Assembly: GCA_963535155.1 (NCBI GenBank) | Contig: CAUSVW010000006.1 | Span: forward strand, 3,847-67,846 | Length of the DNA: 64,000 nucleotides | Direction: 5' to 3' | DNA from: an uncultured Atopobium sp. | GTDB taxonomy: Bacteria > Actinomycetota > Coriobacteriia > Coriobacteriales > Atopobiaceae | Part shown: piece after piece, positions 55,585-64,000 of the stretch | Layout of the letters: every line of letters starts with the position of its first letter | Numbering within the stretch: position 1 is the stretch's first letter | Position numbers and translations under genes: made by a program | Notes under the pieces: generated by a model | What the model saw: only the letters and a program-made list of their open reading frames with translations | The model's database searches: none | Told to the model about the DNA's origin: nothing

Positions 55585-57765
55585 CTACTCAACGGCCGTA
55601 ATTCTATATAGTCTGTAAGGACCTTCTCGAAGAACAAGCTCAAATCCAGGATCTTTATCGGTGATTTGTAGGCCTGAGAAGAAATAGCTTTGATTTCCTA
55701 ACAAAGCTGGATTTTCCAAGTCGAGCAACAGGACATATCTTGCTCCAGTTTCTCGGACCGCCTGCTGAACCTCTGGATTAGTAGCTACCTCGTTAAGCTT
55801 TGTACGAATAATCGCACTTTGTGGCAATTCTTCCGATTCTACCTTTGCACGGTAAAAAATGTTCATGCCATAAAGTGAGTTCAGAACAAGCGAGCCATCG
55901 TAAGGATTATTAACTACCAGGTCATTACCAACAATCTGGAGAGCTTTTTTTACAAACTCATCCTCACTTGCCTTATAAGTTGTATGCTCACGAGGCTCAA
56001 AGACCTCATTAAGCCAAATGATTCCCCAGCGAAGCTCACTACGCTCTCGCCTAGGCAGGCTTGCTAAATCCCAAGGACTTAGGAGTGCACAACCCCACAA
56101 CACAGCAATAATGCACACGAGAATGCCGGAGTTTTTAATAAACATGCAGGGCTTACAGGTTGCCTGATCTCCGCTTGCAGAAATGGTGCAAGCAGAATTC
56201 TCTGAGTTGTTTTTCTCGCCTTTATTGCCTTTTTCTTTGACCGTCTTAATAACGTATTTAATGAAGTCAAATACAAGCGTAATGGCGGTTTCCATGCCAA
56301 TAATTGCAACAGGAACTGCAGCTATTGCTACCATTGCAGCAGTCCTCTCTGGATCGGTATACCAAAATCCCGAGAAAAACCTCTTAATAGGAAGCACATC
56401 AGAAAGACTAGCCACATAAATGACGGCAGTCATGAGAAATGCCAGAGTGAGCCAACGATAATTCTTGTTCAAAATGCAGCTAACAAATCCAATCCAGAAC
56501 GCAACCGCAAAGAGAATTTGTGGCATGTTCATGAGCAAGCCAAAGTTCAATACGGTGATAATTGACTTAATTGGGTCAACATAAATTTCCCAGAGGAAAT
56601 TGACTGTCGGTGCCATAAAACTTGAATTAAGCACGATATTCCACATACCAATAGCGAAGCCAAGAATTACGCACTCTAAACAGATCAATAGAATGATTCT
56701 TTTTGGTTTTGTTAATTCAAACTTCTTACTCAAATACTGCACAAAACTTGGAAGCAAGTTGCAAAGAACAAATGGTAAAACAAAAATAGCCCACAAAAAA
56801 TCTGCACTAGGATGAACCAATGCAAGTGCAATAATCCCCATAAAACATAGACAAAGTGTATGAACATTTACTGAAAATTTTTGAACACTATGAGTTGATG
56901 TGCATACTTCTTTGCAGGATGTCTTCTCGTTAAAAGACAATATAAAGACTGCTACAACAGTGGGGACAAGACAAAAGCCAGCTACATTAGGAAAGACTGC
57001 ATGAACCGTAACCATTCGAAGAGGAAATGCCAGCTGCGCAAAAACTACAAATGAGGTTAGAACGCTGGCAACGAGGTTTTTCTTTCCTATTGTTTGAAGC
57101 AAAGCACAAACGCCCACTGGATATATAACCGCGACAAAAACAAACCAAACTACATTTTCTGTAAGTACTTCATTAAGGCCTGTAATTGCCGCAGTGACAG
57201 CCGCAAAAGAATGAAAAAGAGTTGGATAGAAGCCTTCATCAAAGAAGGGAGTCTGAAACTCTGGCCTTGCTCCTGTATAAAAGGCAGCATGCAGCATGGA
57301 ATAAATGCCCGACTGAACACTTCTTGTAATGTATGCAAGGTGCGCGTAGTTATCAGCGGACTGCAAGAACCATGAGGGGTTTCTAATTGCCTTATGGAAA
57401 ATAACAAAGAATATTGCAGTAGAGATAACAGCAGTTACTAAGAGAAAAACTCCGTTTAGAGATTCCTTCTCGGCAAGGTTTGCATGAGATTGATTTTCCT
57501 GGGTAGGTCTGATTTTCTGAATAAGATACGCAAGTCCAGCAGCAATCAGAATAAAAAGACCAACGCCTCCCAAAAGCGGCGTTACACCTCTTAGACCCAG
57601 AGGGTAGATGGCAATTCCAGAAAAGCCAATGAGGCAGACCGAAATAAGCGGAGCTACCACAAGGGATGTCATTCGTTTAGTACCAAGAGCGCGAGAAAAA
57701 AGATATCCCGGTACATAACAAAGAACCAGTACAACTACTACGGCTAGAGCAAACTGTCTCCACAT
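55585..57765 (-). CDS. DUF6541-like polytopic membrane protein (possible GT-C glycosyltransferase)
   Basis: More than 10 TM segments, DNYAH loop, FYPTLFH, WYTDPER, NNPYDGS; adjacent to the rfb operon. Confidence 0.65.
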   Translation of the reverse strand: MWRQFALAVVVVLVLCYVPGYLFSRALGTKRMTSLVVAPLISVCLIGFSGIAIYPLGLRGVTPLLGGVGLFILIAAGLAYLIQKIRPTQENQSHANLAEKESLNGVFLLVTAVISTAIFFVIFHKAIRNPSWFLQSADNYAHLAYITRSVQSGIYSMLHAAFYTGARPEFQTPFFDEGFYPTLFHSFAAVTAAITGLNEVLTENVVWFVFVAVIYPVGVCALLQTIGKKNLVASVLTSFVVFAQLAFPLRMVTVHAVFPNVAGFCLVPTVVAVFILSFNEKTSCKEVCTSTHSVQKFSVNVHTLCLCFMGIIALALVHPSADFLWAIFVLPFVLCNLLPSFVQYLSKKFELTKPKRIILLICLECVILGFAIGMWNIVLNSSFMAPTVNFLWEIYVDPIKSIITVLNFGLLMNMPQILFAVAFWIGFVSCILNKNYRWLTLAFLMTAVIYVASLSDVLPIKRFFSGFWYTDPERTAAMVAIAAVPVAIIGMETAITLVFDFIKYVIKTVKEKGNKGEKNNSENSACTISASGDQATCKPCMFIKNSGILVCIIAVLWGCALLSPWDLASLPRRERSELRWGIIWLNEVFEPREHTTYKASEDEFVKKALQIVGNDLVVNNPYDGSLVLNSLYGMNIFYRAKVESEELPQSAIIRTKLNEVATNPEVQQAVRETGARYVLLLDLENPALLGNQSYFFSGLQITDKDPGFELVLREGPYRLYRITAVE

Positions 57766-57798
57766 GTGTCAGTTTCCTTATTTGGTGGCCATTACCGA

Positions 57799-59010
57799 CT
57801 AGATAAGCTTAGCCCAGCGCTTTTTACCTGCCTGGAGAAGAGCTTTCTCAAGAACCGATGGCTCAACCTTATAGGTCTTTGCGGGAAGAGGCTGCTGGTT
57901 AATCTTAATACCGCCGCCGTCAATCAGACGGCGAGCCTCACCATTACTTGAAGCAATTTCTACCTCCACCAAAATCTTTGGCAGATAGATAAGGCCATCC
58001 TCATCAGCCTCAAGAGAGATGGCAAACTCTTTGACGTCGTCAGGAACCTCATTGTTCTTGAACTGAGCATCAAAAGCAGCCTGAGCCTTAAGGCCTTCTC
58101 CCTCACCGTGATAAAGGTCAACGATATTTCTACCAAGAGCACGTTTGAGCTGGTAAGGATCAGCAGTACCATCCTCAAAGCTCTTATCGATTGCATCAAG
58201 CTCATCAATAGAGAGCGTAGAGCAGAGACGATAGTACATTGGAATAATCTCGTCAGTAATAGACATGACCTTACCAAACATATCGTTTGGCTCGTCAGTC
58301 AGTCCAATGTAGTTGCCGTAAGACTTACTCATCTTCTTAGTGCCGTCAGTACCTACAAGCAAAGGCATAGTAAGCGCAATCTGAGGCTCCATGTCCATAT
58401 CACGCATAAGATCGCGACCAGCAAGCAGGTTGAAAATCTGGTCGTTTCCGCCCATCTCTACATCTGCCTTGATAACAACAGAATCGTATGCCTGAAGAAC
58501 TGGATAAATGAACTCGTGAAGCGCAATTGGCTGCTGATTATGATAGCGATTAGAGAAGTCTTCTCGCTCAAGAATACGAGCAATGGTGAACTTGCTCATA
58601 AGGCCAAGCATGGTCTCAAGATTCATAGGCTTAATCCAGTCACCGTTATGAACAACAGTGGTTCTTTCTGGATCAAGAATCTTCATAGCCTGGTTAACAT
58701 AGGTCTCTGCGTTTGCATCCACCTGCTCTGCAGTGAGAGGAGGACGGGTAGAATCGCGTCCGGAAGGGTCTCCGATCAGCGCGGTGCCGCTACCAATAAT
58801 CAAGGTGACATTATGGCCAAGGTCTTGGAACTGACGCATCTTGCGCAAAGGAACTGCGTGTCCCAGATGCAAATCAGGACTTGTTGGATCAACGCCAAGC
58901 TTAATATTAAGAGGGGTACCCTTCTTGAGTTTTTCTTTTAGACCATCCAAAGGAACAATCTGCATAGTTCCTGAAGTAATAACACGGAGCTGTTCTTCTA
59001 CTGAAAGCAC
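57799..59010 (-). CDS. tyrS: Tyrosine-tRNA ligase
   Basis: GVDPTSPDLHLGH, KMSKS, C-terminal S4 domain. Confidence 0.97.
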   Translation of the reverse strand: MLSVEEQLRVITSGTMQIVPLDGLKEKLKKGTPLNIKLGVDPTSPDLHLGHAVPLRKMRQFQDLGHNVTLIIGSGTALIGDPSGRDSTRPPLTAEQVDANAETYVNQAMKILDPERTTVVHNGDWIKPMNLETMLGLMSKFTIARILEREDFSNRYHNQQPIALHEFIYPVLQAYDSVVIKADVEMGGNDQIFNLLAGRDLMRDMDMEPQIALTMPLLVGTDGTKKMSKSYGNYIGLTDEPNDMFGKVMSITDEIIPMYYRLCSTLSIDELDAIDKSFEDGTADPYQLKRALGRNIVDLYHGEGEGLKAQAAFDAQFKNNEVPDDVKEFAISLEADEDGLIYLPKILVEVEIASSNGEARRLIDGGGIKINQQPLPAKTYKVEPSVLEKALLQAGKKRWAKLI

Positions 59011-59171
59011 TCTGTATCCTCTCAACGCAAGCCTGTTAAACCATATAGTTACTGCTACAAATAGTATCAATTCAAAATGTTATCTATCAGAATACAACAG
59101 AGTTGTAACTCTTTATTCACTGAAACATAAATATCAGACTATAATAGTGAGAGCTATGACAAGGAGGCTCA

Positions 59172-61310
59172 ATGGGTATTAGAACCCGTCGTGCACGTAA
59201 ACACGCAAACACACATGCCGTAGGTTTTGGCATTGCCGGATTCTTTGGCTTTATGGCTCTTCTCGCGCTTGCACTTGCCCTTTCTTTAGGTGCAGCTGTT
59301 TCTTCATGGCTCGAGGACCTGCCTGATTACAACTCTGCTGATGCCTACCTGGTAGCAGAGCCTACCCGCGTTTATGACTCTAAGGGCAACGACATTGCAG
59401 ACTTCTATCTGCAGCAGCGCCGCTCAGTTACCTTGGATCAGATTTCTCCTTATGTTATTCAGGGCACCATTGATACTGAGGATAAGCGCTTCTATTCCCA
59501 CAGCGGTATTGACCCCTGGGGTATTGTCCGCGCATCTGTTGGCTCGCTGTTTGGTGGCGGCGAAGGTGCTTCCACTATTACGCAGCAGCTTGTTCGTAAC
59601 ACTGTTCTTTCTAACGAGCAGTTTGAGCGCTCTTTGAAGCGTAAGGTCCGCGAGGCTTACATCTCTATTCAGATGGAGAAAAAGTTTACTAAGGACCAGA
59701 TTCTTAATATGTACCTCAACACCATTTACTACGGTAATGGTGCTTACGGTATTGAAGCTGCAAGTATTATCTACTTTAACAAGCATGCAAGTGATTTGAC
59801 TCTTGCTGAGGCTGCAACGCTTGCTGGCCTTCCAAACGCACCTTCTGCCTATGACCCAACTGTTAATCCAGAGGCAGCAAGAGAAAGGCGTAATACCGTT
59901 CTTGAGCGTATGCTTCGCGCAGGTGATATTACACAAGAGCAATACGATGAGGCTGTTGCTGAGGACTTAGTGCTTAATCCTGGTACTTTGACCGATAACA
60001 TTGGCCAGTTCCCTTACTGGACTGACTATATTCGTAGCCTGCTTCAGGAAGACTTTGATAGCGATACCATTCTTCAGGGTGGATTGCGTGTTTATACTAC
60101 ACTTGATCCTGACCTCCAGAAAGATGCTGATGAGGCTGCTAGAAGGCGTATTGCTGAGCTTGGCAACCCTCGCCTGGGTGCTGCTTTGGTCTCTATTGAT
60201 CCTCAAACTGGCTATATTAAAGCAATGGTTGGTGGACAGGATTACTCAAAGAGTCAGTACAACATTGCAACCAGTAGTAACCGTCAGATGGGCTCCAGTT
60301 TTAAGATGTATACGCTGGTAGCAGCCCTTTCTGAAGGCATGAACCCAGAGATTGTTCTTAACGGCAACTCTCCCATGCAGATTACACCTACCTGGCTGGT
60401 TGGAAACGCAGGTAACTACAGCTATGGCGCAATTACGCTGCGTCAAGGTACGGTTTACTCTTCTAACACTGTTTACGCACAGGTTGCTGAAGCTATTGGT
60501 ATCGATAAGATCCTTCAAACGTGCTATGCCATGGGTATTCGCACCCAGCTACAGCCATACCTGTCTACTACTCTTGGTTCCCAGGGTGTAACCCCTATTG
60601 AGCAGTGCACAGCATTTGCAACGCTTGCTGCAGGCGGTGTTCGTCGTGATGCTGTAGCAATTACGCGCATTGAAGACCGTAATGGCAACGTTATCTACGA
60701 GCACAAGGACAACCCAGTTCAGGCAATTAGCCCAGCTGTTGCTGCAGCTGCTACCGATGTTCTGAGCGGCGTTCTTACCTCCGGTACTGGTCGCTATGCT
60801 TACAACCTGAAGACCTTTAACCAGCCAGTTGCTGGTAAGACAGGTACTTCCGATAAATCCGAGGACCTTTGGTTCTGCGCCTATACCCCACAGCTTGCAA
60901 CAGTTGCTTGGTGTGGATATCCAGATAGTCGTGACCCTGTTATTATCGGCGGCGGAGAGTCCTCTACCTTTGTTACTGCACAGTACGTATGGGCGTACTA
61001 CATGAACGCAGCTCTCTCTGGCGTTGCTCGCGCTGAGTTCCCAAAGACCACTGAAACTATTGCTTACAAGCCTAATAGTTACTGGAAATTTGTTGGTGGC
61101 TCCGCTAATGCTAAGCAAAATGAGAAAGATGACGACGAAGAGGAAGAGGAGGAGACTACCGAGGAGGAGGAGGACGATACCACCACTACTCCTACCACTC
61201 CTACTACTCCAGCCACACCAGGTACCGGTACGGGCACTGGCACGGGTACCGGAACAGGTACTGGAACAGGTACTGGAACAGGTACTGGAACAGGAACAGG
61301 AACTCCATAA
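59172..61310 (+). CDS. Class A penicillin-binding protein (transglycosylase/transpeptidase)
   Basis: EDKRFY.H.G, GASTITQQL, RKVRE, SSFK, SSN, KTGT. Confidence 0.95.
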   Translation: MGIRTRRARKHANTHAVGFGIAGFFGFMALLALALALSLGAAVSSWLEDLPDYNSADAYLVAEPTRVYDSKGNDIADFYLQQRRSVTLDQISPYVIQGTIDTEDKRFYSHSGIDPWGIVRASVGSLFGGGEGASTITQQLVRNTVLSNEQFERSLKRKVREAYISIQMEKKFTKDQILNMYLNTIYYGNGAYGIEAASIIYFNKHASDLTLAEAATLAGLPNAPSAYDPTVNPEAARERRNTVLERMLRAGDITQEQYDEAVAEDLVLNPGTLTDNIGQFPYWTDYIRSLLQEDFDSDTILQGGLRVYTTLDPDLQKDADEAARRRIAELGNPRLGAALVSIDPQTGYIKAMVGGQDYSKSQYNIATSSNRQMGSSFKMYTLVAALSEGMNPEIVLNGNSPMQITPTWLVGNAGNYSYGAITLRQGTVYSSNTVYAQVAEAIGIDKILQTCYAMGIRTQLQPYLSTTLGSQGVTPIEQCTAFATLAAGGVRRDAVAITRIEDRNGNVIYEHKDNPVQAISPAVAAAATDVLSGVLTSGTGRYAYNLKTFNQPVAGKTGTSDKSEDLWFCAYTPQLATVAWCGYPDSRDPVIIGGGESSTFVTAQYVWAYYMNAALSGVARAEFPKTTETIAYKPNSYWKFVGGSANAKQNEKDDDEEEEEETTEEEEDDTTTTPTTPTTPATPGTGTGTGTGTGTGTGTGTGTGTGTGTGTP
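61221..61304 (+). repeat. Coding (Gly-Thr)n repeat at the PBP C-terminus, including 12-bp tandem units GGAACAGGTACT
   Basis: Tandem repeats are visible; translation PGTGTGT...GTP. Confidence 0.9.
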
Positions 61311-61330
61311 ACCTCTGGTTTATCTACAAC

Positions 61331-61368
61331 AAAAAGGAGTCTGCACTAAGCAGGCTCCTTTTTCTTTT
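61331..61368. terminator. Bidirectional terminator between the PBP gene and argR
   Basis: AAAAAGGAGTCTGC-ACTAA-GCAGGCTCCTTTTT. Confidence 0.85.
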
Positions 61369-61415
61369 TGAATGAGGTGTGCTTTTGACGGGTTTCTCGC
61401 CAAAAGCTTTGTGTT

Positions 61416-61856
61416 TTATAGAACGCTCTCTACGTTGCCAAGCTGCGTAATGATGCGCACCACGTCTGCAGCGTGCTCAGTCTTATCCACAATCATCAAA
61501 ACGGTATCGTCGCCGGCAACGGTGCCAACAACGTGGTCAAGCTCAACGTCATCAAGGGCAAACGCAACGGCTGATGCAGTGCCCGGATGACATCGAATCA
61601 CAATAAGATTCTCTGCTGCCGTAGCCCCAACCACAAACTCAGAGAGCATTTTCTGCAAATGCATATCTTCAGAAAGCACATAAGCACCCTCGGGAAGCTT
61701 TTGCAAATCCATTTCTGCAGTATCACGAGAAACGGTTGCTTGAGTACAGGCAAAGCCACGATCTTTAAGCATATCAACAAGATCGCGCTGCGTACGAATG
61801 GATTCGCTGCGAACAAGCTCACGAATCACGTCCTGTCGAGCATTTCTATGCTTCAC
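61416..61856 (-). CDS. argR: Arginine repressor
   Basis: TQRDLV, TQATVSRD, GTVAGDDT. Confidence 0.92.
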   Translation of the reverse strand: MKHRNARQDVIRELVRSESIRTQRDLVDMLKDRGFACTQATVSRDTAEMDLQKLPEGAYVLSEDMHLQKMLSEFVVGATAAENLIVIRCHPGTASAVAFALDDVELDHVVGTVAGDDTVLMIVDKTEHAADVVRIITQLGNVESVL

Positions 61857-62078
61857 GACGCCTTCTTTCCTTATACGACTCGCTAACTTTGAAAACAAAT
61901 GATAGTGAATAAAAGAATATACTTAATCAACCCTTATGCGCATGCCAAACCGCTAAACGGTGCAAATAACCCGCTCGTCGGTCGGAATATTGCATTCACC
62001 GTTTTCTAAAAGTATTTATACACTTCTCGCCGTATGATTCATCATGAGTGAAACTATTTTTACGGCTTGGAGGCCACC

Positions 62079-63128
62079 ATGCCCCTGAATGATTCACCTG
62101 ATAGAAGACAATGCTCCCACGGAGATCCTGCAATGCGTCGCCGTCCTCCACAAAATGGCCGTCCTCCTCATGATGGCGGTTTTTCTGATAGGCAGGCAAG
62201 ACGTCGCAAGAGAAATACCCTTGGTTCGCAGGCCATTCTCTTTAAGAGACAATCTCTACTACATCGCATTGATTCTCGTACGAGAACCTATATTGTCATT
62301 GGTCTAGCGGTTATTGCAGCCCTTTTACTGGTCTTTATTGTGTCGAGCTGCGTGCGTGGTTGCGCTAAAGAATCTACTCCAGAGGTAGAGGCCAACTCCG
62401 TTGATTCTCGTGTTGCTGTGGGAACTTCAGAGGAGCTGACTAAAGCCCTGGCAGCCAAGTTAGATCAGAACAAAAACCTTGCGTGGATTGCAGAACACGC
62501 TGATAAATACAGCGATAAAAGCCTCATTGAGCTAGCACTTGCCCACCCTGAGGCTATTGATTTTGTTGCAAACTACCCTGATTCTGACGGTAAAGCCAAA
62601 ACCTACGACGATTCAATCACCAAAGGCACAGCTCCTCAGCTTTATACCTGGGACTCCAGGTGGGGTGGCGTCTCATATGCCGGCTCTGTAATTGCCACCA
62701 AGGGCTCTGGTCCCACTGCACTCTCCATGGCATACATGGGACTTACCGGAAAGAACAACTGGACTCCAGCAGATATTGCGGGCGCTGTTGAAACCGCTAA
62801 AGCAACGGATACCGACTCTGGAATGAACAGATCATTTCTCGAGAAGAATTTAGCTAACCTTGGTCTTACCGCTGATAGCTATAACATTTCTGCCGACAAT
62901 ATCACCACGCTTCTAGATGCTGAAACCTTCCTGCTTGTTGAGGTTAAGGGCAATAAGCTGAGCTCTGATGGCGATCACTGGATTTTGGTAACCAGCAAGA
63001 ACGATGACGGCACCGTAAACGTTCACGACCCTCTGTCCCCTGAGGTAAGCGCACGTCCATGGGCGGCAGAAACTATTGCCAGCGCTGCAAATGCCCTGTA
63101 CACCGTGACGGTAAAGGCTGCCGAGTAA
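62079..63128 (+). CDS. Membrane-anchored C39-like peptidase domain protein with Ser at the catalytic Cys position
   Basis: QLYTWDSRWG..Y, GSGPTALSM, GDHWILV, VHDP; ATG start with GGAGG. Confidence 0.7.
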   Translation: MPLNDSPDRRQCSHGDPAMRRRPPQNGRPPHDGGFSDRQARRRKRNTLGSQAILFKRQSLLHRIDSRTRTYIVIGLAVIAALLLVFIVSSCVRGCAKESTPEVEANSVDSRVAVGTSEELTKALAAKLDQNKNLAWIAEHADKYSDKSLIELALAHPEAIDFVANYPDSDGKAKTYDDSITKGTAPQLYTWDSRWGGVSYAGSVIATKGSGPTALSMAYMGLTGKNNWTPADIAGAVETAKATDTDSGMNRSFLEKNLANLGLTADSYNISADNITTLLDAETFLLVEVKGNKLSSDGDHWILVTSKNDDGTVNVHDPLSPEVSARPWAAETIASAANALYTVTVKAAE

Positions 63129-63161
63129 AAAACCCAGCATCCACAAAAGGTGAATGCTGGG
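63127..63161 (-). terminator. Terminator after the phosphomutase gene
   Basis: CCCAGCAT...ATGCTGGG stem with a U6 tract on the minus strand. Confidence 0.7.
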
Positions 63162-63222
63162 CTGGACGGGTTTCTCGCCAAAGGACTGTGCGGAGAAAGA
63201 CGCTTTTAGAGGTAAAGACGGA

Positions 63223-64000
63223 CTATGAAAGTACCTTCTGAGCGGCCTCGCTGAGCTCTGCAACGCGAGCCTCAGCCTCTTCGCGAGTAGCGCCATTGGC
63301 AAAGAGATAGGCCTTGACCTTTGGCTCGGTGCCCGATGGACGGAAGATGACCTTGTTGTCTCCCTCAAGCCTATACTCAATAACGTTGGATGCTGGCAGC
63401 GTCTGAGGAGCCTCTTTTTGCAGGCCCGAGACGCGAGGCATTTCTGCACACTCAGCATAGTCTGTTACGCCAACAACCTTGTAGTTGCCCACCGTTTCCA
63501 GTGGATTCTTACGCAGGCTGCTCATAATCTGAGCCATCTTAGCGGCGCCCTCAGCGCCTGGATAGGCAGCATTGACAACGCCATTGAGGTAGTAGCCATA
63601 GCGCTGATACAGGGCATCCATCGCCTCGTAGAGGTCCATGTTGCGAGCGGCATACCAAGAAGCCATTTCAACGCAAAGCATGGTGGCAACAATAGCATCC
63701 TTATCGCGAGCATGTGTGCCAACAAGATAGCCGTAGGACTCCTCAAAGCCCATGAGGAAGCGATCCTCCTCACCGGCATCCTTGAGCTGGTCAATTTGGT
63801 CGCCGATGTACTTGAAGCCCGTGAGCACGCGGCGCATCTCAAAGCCGCGAGCACGTGCCAAGACGTCGGGCATAGCAGAGGATACGATGGTGGAAACGGC
63901 TACCTTATCCTGGGGTTTCTCGCCACGCTCTTCAGCCATGGTAAGGAGCCAGTCCATAAGCAGGACACCCATCTCGTTACCGGAAAGCAGCACGTAATCG
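63223..64000 (-). CDS. Phosphoglucomutase/phosphomannomutase (C-terminal part, truncated by the window)
   Basis: LTGFKYIG, GFEESYGY, RDKDA, RPSGTEPKVKAY. Confidence 0.93.
   Translation of the reverse strand, partial: DYVLLSGNEMGVLLMDWLLTMAEERGEKPQDKVAVSTIVSSAMPDVLARARGFEMRRVLTGFKYIGDQIDQLKDAGEEDRFLMGFEESYGYLVGTHARDKDAIVATMLCVEMASWYAARNMDLYEAMDALYQRYGYYLNGVVNAAYPGAEGAAKMAQIMSSLRKNPLETVGNYKVVGVTDYAECAEMPRVSGLQKEAPQTLPASNVIEYRLEGDNKVIFRPSGTEPKVKAYLFANGATREEAEARVAELSEAAQKVLS

Noticed and set aside
59011..59171. Possible T-box upstream of tyrS
   Set aside because: Short AT-rich divergent intergenic region with no T-box consensus or terminator
61221..61304. Tandem repeat as a possible CRISPR array
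   Set aside because: No spacers; in-frame Gly-Thr coding repeat; no cas genes
61895..62030. Possible ARG boxes upstream of argR (e.g. AGTGAATAAAAGAATAT)
   Set aside because: Only half-site matches; too weak to call

Overview
Core-chromosome window of a moderate-GC Gram-positive anaerobe. Gene content and style suggest Coriobacteriia, probably Atopobiaceae or Lancefieldella-like (inference). Most genes are on the minus strand. In order: a partial Tat lipoprotein, an LPXTG surface protein, rpsA, an iron/redox cluster (HMA protein, flavodoxin, DUF3793, SCA-motif P1B-ATPase, glutathione peroxidase with OhrR, CDF, feoA-feoA-feoB), ppc, a flippase, glutaredoxin, tRNA-Thr(CGT), a DUF523/TudS-purine nucleoside phosphorylase fusion, NYN and DegV genes, comF - raiA-motif RNA - solute-binding protein - hpf/raiA, an ECF transporter with DUF4430 surface proteins, lgt, dcd, NifU-C and a U32 protein, a dTDP-rhamnose/phosphorylcholine (lic) cell-wall glycopolymer locus, tyrS, a class A PBP, argR, a C39-like protein and a partial phosphomutase. 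The most notable non-coding signals are: (1) a ~257-nt raiA-motif ncRNA; (2) two similar candidate metal-repressed RNAs, each with a promoter carrying an AGTTAG-N6-CTAACT-like operator, a CCCUCUCC loop and a terminator; (3) a strongly over-represented, strand-skewed motif GGGTTTCTCG(CC) in both genes and intergenic hairpins. No CRISPR array, integrase or transposase was seen.
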